Part shown: positions 50,344 to 58,072 of the stretch, piece by piece
Layout of the letters: each line of letters opens with the position of its first letter
Numbering within the stretch: the first letter of the stretch is position 1
Sequence record: NC_027364.1
DNA: 64,000 bases
Reading direction: 5' to 3' (one strand)
Made by a program: the position numbers and the translations under genes
Notes under the pieces: generated by a model
Seen by the model: the letters and a program-made list of their open reading frames with translations, nothing else
Database searches by the model: none
What the model was told of the DNA's origin: nothing

Positions 50344-51204
50344 TTATTTTAGTTTAGGTTGTGCTTTGCTTAGTGGTGATTTAGAATTAGATGCAGTAGT
50401 TTTTGGTGCTTTAACATCTTTCATTTCACCGCGAGCATTTTTACCAAGATCTAGACTATCTTTTGGTAGAACAGATTTATCATCTAGGTCTAGTAGTGGT
50501 GCTTGGTCAGTTTTCTTAGCGAATTTAACTGGCTCTGCTCCTGCTACTGGAGATTTAGCTTCTGGTGCTACTGGAGATTTGGAATGAGTACCAGCTTTTT
50601 CTTTCTTATCAACTGGAGCAACTTTTTCTAGTTTGAAGGATTCACCGAATTTTTCATCACCGAATTCAACATCAGCAAATTCGTCGTCACCGTCAACGCC
50701 AACTTCTTCTTCGCTATCTTCTACTTCTTCTTCAGAATCTAGTTCAACTTCACCGTCACCGATTTCATCAAACATTTGTTGTAGGCCACGGAAAGCATCT
50801 TGGATTGATTCCCATTGGTCTTCGGAAGGAACATCAGCATCAGCTTTCACTTCAACGTCAACATCGTCTTCACCGTCACCATCTGCATCAGCAGAGAATT
50901 CAACTTCTTCTTCTGCACTTTCATCTTCTTCACCAAGGGTGTATTCGATTTCAGCATTTAGACCTTCGTCTGGTTGTACATCAAAATCTTCGTCAAGCTT
51001 TTCTTCATCTTTGACTTTAACTTCGACTTCACAATCTTCATCGTCGTCTTCATCTTCCATGCTTTCTTCTAGTTGTTTGTTAATTTCTTGAGCTTGCTCA
51101 ACGAAATACTTACGCATTTTTTTATCAGCAATATCTTGTTCGCCATTTGCGAACGCCGCAATTGCTTCTTGTAGTAGTTTTAAATTCGCCATTATATCCT
51201 CCAT
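50344..51204 (-). CDS. highly acidic prohead core-like protein
   Basis: Asp/Glu-rich; sits in the head operon where T4 has gp67/68. Confidence 0.6.
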   Translation of the reverse strand: MEDIMANLKLLQEAIAAFANGEQDIADKKMRKYFVEQAQEINKQLEESMEDEDDDEDCEVEVKVKDEEKLDEDFDVQPDEGLNAEIEYTLGEEDESAEEEVEFSADADGDGEDDVDVEVKADADVPSEDQWESIQDAFRGLQQMFDEIGDGEVELDSEEEVEDSEEEVGVDGDDEFADVEFGDEKFGESFKLEKVAPVDKKEKAGTHSKSPVAPEAKSPVAGAEPVKFAKKTDQAPLLDLDDKSVLPKDSLDLGKNARGEMKDVKAPKTTASNSKSPLSKAQPKLK

Positions 51205-51293
51205 AGATATATTACATTCGTATAAAGTATGATATTATTTAGTACTGATTAAAATCGCCTTTTTTAAAAGCTTTAAAAAGTGCGATTTTTGAT

Positions 51294-51521
51294 TTACATT
51301 AACCCAGAACCGTCACCAGTTGGTGCAGCGGCATAAACAACTGCAACCACATTTTTGCGGCGTTGTTCTTCATGTGCTTTAAATTCACGGTACTTTCTTA
51401 AGTTGTTTAATACTTGTAATGTTAGTTTCGGTTTTCTGGAATCAGTAATTTTATATACGTTCTGATCATCTTCAGGGTCGTACATTGAATCACTGCTAGA
51501 TTCAAAGATGTCCTTTAACAT
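51294..51521 (-). CDS. hypothetical head-region protein
   Basis: 75-aa ORF, RKPKLTLQVLNNLRK. Confidence 0.65.
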   Translation of the reverse strand: MLKDIFESSSDSMYDPEDDQNVYKITDSRKPKLTLQVLNNLRKYREFKAHEEQRRKNVVAVVYAAAPTGDGSGLM

Positions 51522-51594
51522 TTGATCTCCTTGAAATATGCATTATAAATGAGGGTAAAAATAAACCCTCATTCTTATACACTGTTATTTATGT

Positions 51595-53334
51595 TTAAAA
51601 AGAATTGCCTAAATTATTAGGGTTGAAGCCACCACTTCCACTCTGTTGCTCTTGGTATTCGGCATCAGCACTTTCCAAATTACCTTCTCCATCAATACCA
51701 AGATCCATTCCAGGATCATTTGGAGCATCAATACCAACAGACTGTAATCCAGCGGAATCTTCTTCACCACCAGAAGGTTGGGAACCATCTTGTGGATTCT
51801 CTTGTAACCACATTTGTTCATTCTTAACAATATCAGCTTTAGAAAAGCCCATTTTTTCAAGAATTGTTTGTTTCGCCATATAAGGCAAGTCATTAAGAGG
51901 AAGATATGTATTAATTAGTTTAGCATCTAGTTCAGCTTTACGATAAGAAGCTAAGTTAATAGGTGGATTCATAATAACTTCAAAAGATGAAGTACTAATG
52001 TTATATCCATTTTTAACCATAAATCTTTTGAATTCAGCATCAAAATGTTTTGCAACTAAACGTTGATAACGCATACATTGATTATTGAATCGCAATTCAC
52101 TTGCCATAGCTTGTGTAGCACCATCACCAAATAATGAAACACCACCATCATCTGGACCTTGTGGTAGATAAGAAGCTGGTATTTGAAGACCACGAATCAA
52201 TTTATTATTGAAATAACGTAAGTCATCAATTTGTCCTAAGTTATCACCGCCTGGTAATGTTTGAACATCTGAACCACGACCTTCAGAAGTTTGTGGGAAA
52301 AAGTAGTCTTCTAAAATGCTTAATGGATTATATGCTGCATCCATTAATGAAGTACTTCCACCTTTGTTTGAAGGTATTCTACGCTGGTGGATTTCATTTT
52401 TAAATCTTTCAACATAAGCCATCGCTTGGTGTGCTTGCATATCACCAACATCAATTTTAAATACACGACGCTCAGGTGCACGTTGTACACGATAAATTAT
52501 GATACTATCTTCCAGAAGTTCTTTTTGCTTATAGACTTTAAATACGTCCTCAAGTATACTAGTACCAAAAGGCCATACCCCATCTTGTCCTGTATTTAGC
52601 GTTAGATGAATTACGTGTTCTGCACCAACAGGAATAACGTCTAATTGACCGTTAGTACTGAATGGGTCAGCAGTATTTCCTTGACTTGTAAAACCAGATG
52701 CACCACCCGCAGCTACTGAACCACCGCCACCCATTGTTGTCGGAATAGCTCCTGGATAAGCGGTTTTATCAAATCCTACTTGAAGGTTACTAAAAACTTT
52801 ATCTTTCAAATTTAATGATACGTCACGTATATAATAAATTACTGGTGTTTTACCAGTGGCTTCGTTAACAAATACTTGCTCAACATTTTTGGGGCTTACC
52901 CAATACCAATCGAATGTTTCTGGATCTCGAATGAAAAATTGATCACCATATTTCAGAAGACCACGCACAATTTCATACATTCGTGTTTTAAAATCATTTT
53001 GTTCAGTCCATGCATCTAAACGATCTTCAATAGTCGTTACTTCAGTATCACCAATGTCATCTTTATATTTGATTTTATATGGTAAACCAAAATCTTCAGT
53101 ACTTTGGGTACAAAAGTCAGCAATTATATTCAATGCAGTTCTAATTTCAGGATCTTGGTCCATTTGCTCATACTGACTATAACGCTCAGTACGGTTTGCC
53201 AATCCATTATATACAACAGGAAGATAGGAAGCGAAATTTGTTTTCGTTCCTGTTGATTTATTGCTATTACTGGACTGATTTGGGATGGTCGATAGTTTAG
53301 ACCTTCCCACTGTCATATGTCGTTTCCAACTCAT
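51595..53334 (-). CDS. gp20: portal protein (gp20-like)
   Basis: LLEDSIIIYRVQRAPERRVFKIDVG, LEDYFFPQ, LPGGDNLGQIDDLRYF. Confidence 0.95.
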   Translation of the reverse strand: MSWKRHMTVGRSKLSTIPNQSSNSNKSTGTKTNFASYLPVVYNGLANRTERYSQYEQMDQDPEIRTALNIIADFCTQSTEDFGLPYKIKYKDDIGDTEVTTIEDRLDAWTEQNDFKTRMYEIVRGLLKYGDQFFIRDPETFDWYWVSPKNVEQVFVNEATGKTPVIYYIRDVSLNLKDKVFSNLQVGFDKTAYPGAIPTTMGGGGSVAAGGASGFTSQGNTADPFSTNGQLDVIPVGAEHVIHLTLNTGQDGVWPFGTSILEDVFKVYKQKELLEDSIIIYRVQRAPERRVFKIDVGDMQAHQAMAYVERFKNEIHQRRIPSNKGGSTSLMDAAYNPLSILEDYFFPQTSEGRGSDVQTLPGGDNLGQIDDLRYFNNKLIRGLQIPASYLPQGPDDGGVSLFGDGATQAMASELRFNNQCMRYQRLVAKHFDAEFKRFMVKNGYNISTSSFEVIMNPPINLASYRKAELDAKLINTYLPLNDLPYMAKQTILEKMGFSKADIVKNEQMWLQENPQDGSQPSGGEEDSAGLQSVGIDAPNDPGMDLGIDGEGNLESADAEYQEQQSGSGGFNPNNLGNSF

Positions 53335-53345
53335 TATTTTCGTCC

Positions 53346-55550
53346 TTAACTGTTTCTCTCACCTTGAGTGTTTTCAGAGATAGTTCTTAGATAGTTATTT
53401 GTCTGTTGCACGGCAGATAGAGATTGCTCATTAACATCAGCAAGTTTTTTAAGTAACTCTTTCATGTCTTCTGATATTGTGGCATTATTATTAGCATTTG
53501 CCATACTACTACCACTATTTATCATCGCTTTCATGGCCTCATAATCGTCCGGTTCAGCTTGAATTGGTGGTTCATTTGGACCCCATGCTGATTTATCAAA
53601 AGTTTTTGGAGTTATGGTAACATATGGTGCAACATGTTCAGATTTTTCGATTCTCGCAGTTGCTCTTGGCTTATTTTCAAGACCACTACTAATAAGTTTT
53701 TCAGCAACTGATTCATCAAGGGGTTTTGGTTGTTTAAAGTTTCTACTTGAATTCCATTTTAAAAAACCATCAAATGAACTAGAAATATAATCACCAAATG
53801 AATTCATTTTTTCTTCAAAATAATTATTAACTTTTTCTGCACCATCGGTAACAGAATTGTTTTCTACTTTTACTTTGTCATCTGATCCACCAAACCAACC
53901 TTTAACAGAATCCCAAAGTTTACCAGGAAGATCCATTAGGTTATTCATAAAGCTATCAAATGCTTCTGAAACTTTATTATATCCACTACCAAAAATTTCA
54001 GTACCTAACCCTTCTAACCACTGCTCAAACTCACCACCAATCCTATCCAAATACGCAACTGCATCTTTCGCAATAGGAACCAAACCAAAACCATCAAGTG
54101 CTAACTCTCCGATAAATTCCCATGCACCATCAGTACGGTCTGCAATATCAGTAAGGTAATCCGCAATAGAATTTTGTGTATCTGCATACATTTTATTAAA
54201 TGGTTCAGTAAATTCTTTACTAATCCATCTATTGAATCTATCAGTGAATTGTGTTAGTTTATCTGCTGGTTGACTCTTAGGATCATTAATCGCAGCTTCC
54301 ATATCAAGTAGTTGTTGGTTGAAGGTTGCTGCCGTAGTGTTTCCTAATTGTATCTGATTTAATAAATCTTGCTTTATTAGTTCTTTGTTCTTTTTAACAA
54401 ATTCCAATTGTTGACGGCGAATTTCTTGTGAATCAGTAACACCACTACGTACCAAGTTCTCACCTAAATCAGCAAATTGGTTCAGTACTGGAGTCAATAA
54501 ATCATCTGGTACTCCACCAATAGTTAAACGATGTGAAATTAAACGTAGAAAATCTGCACCAGCATCACCCATACTGGCAGCAGCTTCGTTAAATGCTTTT
54601 GATGTTGCAACTGCTGCTTTACTAGATAATCCAGAATAGTTTTGTAATGCGATTTGCATTGAACGTGTGTCTAATGATTTATCTAAGTTTTGTGTTTTAT
54701 TTAATAGTGCATCAACTGACTCACCCATACTTTTACTGAACTTAGTCATGCTCATGATAAACTGTTCAGTACTTTTTGCTTGATCCATACTACGTAACAT
54801 TTCTCTTCCACCAAATTGCTTTTGGAATTTAATATTACGTGCAGTTAAATCAGTTAATGTTTTTTGAGAAACACCATATAAACCTAATTGATTTTGTGCT
54901 TGTTGCACAGTACCCAATAATTTACCAAATGTAGAAACACCATCACCATATGCACCATCTAATTGTGCAACAACGGCACTATGAGTTTGTAATGCTTCAC
55001 CAAATGCATCAATACTCATCATTGATGCACCAGCACCTTTTAATATGGAGCCGTAACCTTCAGATAGAGCGACACCAGCACTGTTTATTCTATTATAAAC
55101 TTCAAGCTGTGCATTTAACACATTATAAACTGCTAAACCAGCGTCAGCGACCAATTTGAATGCAGATGCTGCTGCACCAACTGGACCTGGGATCATTGCT
55201 AATGAACCAGCAAATGAAGATGCACTCATTCCTAGTGAGTTTACAACATTGCTAACGTTTGCAGACGTACTCATCATAGTTTTGCCGACATTCGATACTT
55301 CAGATGATAATGATTTGAATATTTTTCCAAATTCTTTACCATCATCAGCTTTGTTATTTGTTCGAGAGCCACGGTTTCCAGTACTTGATGAATTACTTCC
55401 ATTACGTTTTCCACTTTTAGAACCGGATTTCTTTCTATCATTTTTTATATTTTCAGCCAATAACTCACGAATAGCACTCAAACTATCGTTGTTATCTTTA
55501 GTTTGATTAACCAACTGCTGGAGTAGGTAATCACTTGTATTTCCAGCCAT
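53346..55550 (-). CDS. long helical virion protein, possible tape-measure/baseplate hub component
   Basis: 734 aa, Ala/Ser/Gly-rich helical; late promoter upstream. Confidence 0.45.
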   Translation of the reverse strand: MAGNTSDYLLQQLVNQTKDNNDSLSAIRELLAENIKNDRKKSGSKSGKRNGSNSSSTGNRGSRTNNKADDGKEFGKIFKSLSSEVSNVGKTMMSTSANVSNVVNSLGMSASSFAGSLAMIPGPVGAAASAFKLVADAGLAVYNVLNAQLEVYNRINSAGVALSEGYGSILKGAGASMMSIDAFGEALQTHSAVVAQLDGAYGDGVSTFGKLLGTVQQAQNQLGLYGVSQKTLTDLTARNIKFQKQFGGREMLRSMDQAKSTEQFIMSMTKFSKSMGESVDALLNKTQNLDKSLDTRSMQIALQNYSGLSSKAAVATSKAFNEAAASMGDAGADFLRLISHRLTIGGVPDDLLTPVLNQFADLGENLVRSGVTDSQEIRRQQLEFVKKNKELIKQDLLNQIQLGNTTAATFNQQLLDMEAAINDPKSQPADKLTQFTDRFNRWISKEFTEPFNKMYADTQNSIADYLTDIADRTDGAWEFIGELALDGFGLVPIAKDAVAYLDRIGGEFEQWLEGLGTEIFGSGYNKVSEAFDSFMNNLMDLPGKLWDSVKGWFGGSDDKVKVENNSVTDGAEKVNNYFEEKMNSFGDYISSSFDGFLKWNSSRNFKQPKPLDESVAEKLISSGLENKPRATARIEKSEHVAPYVTITPKTFDKSAWGPNEPPIQAEPDDYEAMKAMINSGSSMANANNNATISEDMKELLKKLADVNEQSLSAVQQTNNYLRTISENTQGERNS

Positions 55551-55638
55551 AACATTCCCTTTTAATAGATGTATTATAGAAATATTTATGAAACTATAGA
55601 GAATATAAAAATTAGTTTAATTTAATCTTTTTTAGTCT

Positions 55639-55646
55639 TATAAATA
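55639..55646 (+). promoter_or_regulatory. T4-type late promoter TATAAATA
   Basis: Exact consensus 35 nt upstream of the ATG at 55681. Confidence 0.75.
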
Positions 55647-55680
55647 CTAAAACACATTTATTACATGGAGATTTAATAAA

Positions 55681-56517
55681 ATGGCTATGAATCCACTTGC
55701 TAAGTACACTAAAATTGAAGAGATCAGTACTAAGTTAGTTACAAACGGCGTTATTCCTTATAAAGAAGGAGTTCTAGGTCCAAAAGGTGTCAAATGTGGA
55801 GTTTGTGCACGTAGTGCACGTGATGAAATGACACTTAATACCCCCGATATGTTACTAAACGGAGATGCAGTATCCCGTGTTATTGAAAACTGTGTTCCTA
55901 ATGTAATTGACGCTGATGAGTTGTATGTAAATGACGTTGAAATGCTTCTTATTGCTATTAAAGTTGCTTCTAAAGAAGAAACATATGATATTAACGTTGT
56001 ATGTCCTGAATGTGAAAAAGAAGGTCGATTTGAACGTAATCTATCATATCTTCTTGAAACTGCACAAGCATTTGAAGAAATCCCATCAATTGATTTAGAT
56101 AATGGACTACGTTTAGAATTTAGACCACTGACATGGAAAGAATATTCATCGTTTGCTGAACGCATGTTCAGTGAGCAGCAGAAGACTAAGTTTCTTGAAA
56201 CTGCTGATATTGATAAAGATGAAAAAGTAAAAATATTTTCTGAAGTATTTGAAAACATGGCTCAACTTAACTTCGATATGATTGGTGGAGTTATTGCAAA
56301 AATTATAACACCAGATGGTGATGAAGTAGTTGAAAAAGAATTTATTAATGAATGGCTTGGACAACAATCGAAGGGAGTACTTAAACTAATTCGTGAAAAA
56401 ATGGATGAAGTACTTGAAATTGGTGTATCTCATAGTATGGAAGTAGAATGTGATGGATGTAATCATCAATGGGAAATTGATGGACTAAAATATGATCCTA
56501 GTCATTTTTTCGAGTAA
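55681..56517 (+). CDS. baseplate hub assembly protein (gp26-like)
   Basis: MNPL N-terminus, LLIAIKVAS, CPEC and CDGC zinc motifs. Confidence 0.7.
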   Translation: MAMNPLAKYTKIEEISTKLVTNGVIPYKEGVLGPKGVKCGVCARSARDEMTLNTPDMLLNGDAVSRVIENCVPNVIDADELYVNDVEMLLIAIKVASKEETYDINVVCPECEKEGRFERNLSYLLETAQAFEEIPSIDLDNGLRLEFRPLTWKEYSSFAERMFSEQQKTKFLETADIDKDEKVKIFSEVFENMAQLNFDMIGGVIAKIITPDGDEVVEKEFINEWLGQQSKGVLKLIREKMDEVLEIGVSHSMEVECDGCNHQWEIDGLKYDPSHFFE

Positions 56518-56726
56518 TGCTTCTCCAGTCATCTCCTGAAGAAATACAAGAAGTACTGAAGGAGATAGAACTGAATAAGTCAGAAATCAAAAATGCACTA
56601 ATGGAATGTTCTGTATATATGGATAACATTGACTATGGAACACTCCTTAATATGCCATTAATAGATAGAGACTTATTAGTTAAGTCTTTTAATAAAAAAA
56701 TTAAAAAACAAAACGAGAAGCACTAA
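56517..56726 (+). CDS. small baseplate assembly protein (gp51-like)
   Basis: LLNMPLIDRDLLV motif; coupled to gp26-like gene. Confidence 0.55.
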   Translation: MLLQSSPEEIQEVLKEIELNKSEIKNALMECSVYMDNIDYGTLLNMPLIDRDLLVKSFNKKIKKQNEKH

Positions 56727-56736
56727 TTTTCATATA

Positions 56737-56763
56737 GCCAGCACATTGTTGCTGGTTTTTTTT
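56737..56763 (+). terminator. intrinsic terminator
   Basis: AGCCAGCA-cattgt-TGCTGGTT followed by T-run. Confidence 0.85.
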
Positions 56764-56980
56764 GGTTTTAAACTACAGAATTATTTGAATTGAATTATGA
56801 AAGGATTAATTTTAATATTATTGGATTCATCTAACTCATTTCATTCGTTAGCTGAAGAATATTCGTTACTACGTAACTCATATTCATTTAATTAAATTAA
56901 TTATAAAGAACTTTAAAAGATTTAATACTTGACGGGATTTGTTGAGGACATTTTCATCCCCCCGCAGGGGAATGAAGACA

Positions 56981-57436
56981 ATAAAAAAGAGACAATGAAG
57001 TCTCTATTTCTTGACGCTGATGGTTTCAGCATTTATTGTATTGCGAATTTCTTAAAAATATATTAAGAACGAAAGCGGGTTGCTCTGTTTCTCTCTATCG
57101 CAGTCATGTGCAACGGTCGTCAGTCTTAATCATCCTGACACTCACCTGAAAGTCTATACAATCAAACTTCAGGCTGTTTATTAAAATCACTTAATAAACT
57201 CCCTTAGCAAATCTGGTAAGGTGCGATCCTTATATGTCTATCTAGGAACTCTCTGTATGCTTATCGGAGTTCTTTATTGAGCCGCATTGCCGTGAGGGGT
57301 TCAAACTATGCCCACATCTAACGGGTTTCTTTTGCTCATCGCACTGTTGAACTGCTCATCTGCCATCTACATTTTCGATAGGATCAGGTTCTAATTTATA
57401 TGCATTTCTGCATTCAACAGGATTGTCATTACTACA
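56981..57436 (-). ncRNA. candidate structured non-coding RNA (or origin primer transcript)
   Basis: No ORF; promoter at 57443-57471; terminator-like AGAGAC/GTCTCT + T-run at 56981-57006; about ten helices including a GAAA tetraloop. Confidence 0.55.
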
Positions 57437-57442
57437 ACAAAC

Positions 57443-57471
57443 ATTATAGCACAAACTTTAAAGTTGTCTCA
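57443..57471 (-). promoter_or_regulatory. TGRGAC-class promoter facing a gene-free region
   Basis: TGAGAC aactttaaagtttgtgc TATAAT. Confidence 0.85.
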
Positions 57472-57524
57472 CTATTTTTATAAAAATATTCATTAAGTAC
57501 TTAAAATATTGCAAATAACTAATC

Positions 57525-57532
57525 TATAAATA
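57525..57532 (+). promoter_or_regulatory. late promoter TATAAATA
   Basis: Exact consensus upstream of endonuclease VII. Confidence 0.75.
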
Positions 57533-57562
57533 TTTTGATAACAAATAGTTTGGTGAGGAATT

Positions 57563-58054
57563 ATGAAAAAAAGATTAAAAGATAGTAAGGATGCTGCAAA
57601 CTATCGAAACGAATTGCTAAAGAAACAAAATGGAATAGATCCTATAATTAAAGAACCAATAACTAAACCAGTACTGGATCACTACCACTATGGTAACCAA
57701 CATTGTAGACAAGTTCTTCAAAATGAAGTCAATGCTTGGGAAGGAAAGGTACAAAACAGCTTCAATCGATATATGAAGCACTTAACTGATAAACCATTAT
57801 ATGAGGTACTCAGAAATCTTGCTGATTACTTAGAGCGTAATAACAGCATTCCTGACGATGAACAAGTTATACATCACACTGCACTAACTGTGGATGTTAA
57901 TAAGTTTAAAAGGCTTCCAGCAACACAGCAAAACGCGATTCTGGAAGGGTTAGGAGTTGTCCCTGGTAGTAACACTACTGCTCGTGTAAAGCAAGCTAGA
58001 AAGCTGATTAAGGACGGTAAATTAAATATGGTTGATATAAAAAAAGGGAGCTAA
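57563..58054 (+). CDS. recombination endonuclease VII (gp49-like), lacking zinc cysteines
   Basis: QNG.D, VLDHYH, RQVL..EVNAWEG, LRNLADYL, IHH are collinear with T4 gp49. Confidence 0.75.
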   Translation: MKKRLKDSKDAANYRNELLKKQNGIDPIIKEPITKPVLDHYHYGNQHCRQVLQNEVNAWEGKVQNSFNRYMKHLTDKPLYEVLRNLADYLERNNSIPDDEQVIHHTALTVDVNKFKRLPATQQNAILEGLGVVPGSNTTARVKQARKLIKDGKLNMVDIKKGS

Positions 58055-58064
58055 GGCTCCCTTT
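58043..58064. terminator. bidirectional terminator
   Basis: AAAGGGAGC-taag-GCTCCCTTT between convergent genes. Confidence 0.85.
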
Positions 58065-58072
58065 ATCTTTAA

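Noticed and set aside
50560-51100. TCTTC/TCATC-rich repetitive DNA
   Set aside because: Explained by Asp/Glu low-complexity coding sequence of the acidic core protein.
57292-57315. GGGGTTCAAAC resembling a tRNA T-loop
   Set aside because: No pairing T-stem, acceptor stem, anticodon arm or CCA; not a tRNA or tmRNA end.
57335-57345. GTGCG on the minus strand, like a group II intron 5' end
   Set aside because: No domain V (AGC/CGC triad hairpin), no interrupted gene and no maturase nearby.
57292-57357. 21-aa ORF MADEQFNSAMSKRNPLDVGIV inside the ncRNA candidate
   Set aside because: No RBS, very short, and embedded in predicted helices; cannot be supported as coding without Ribo-seq.
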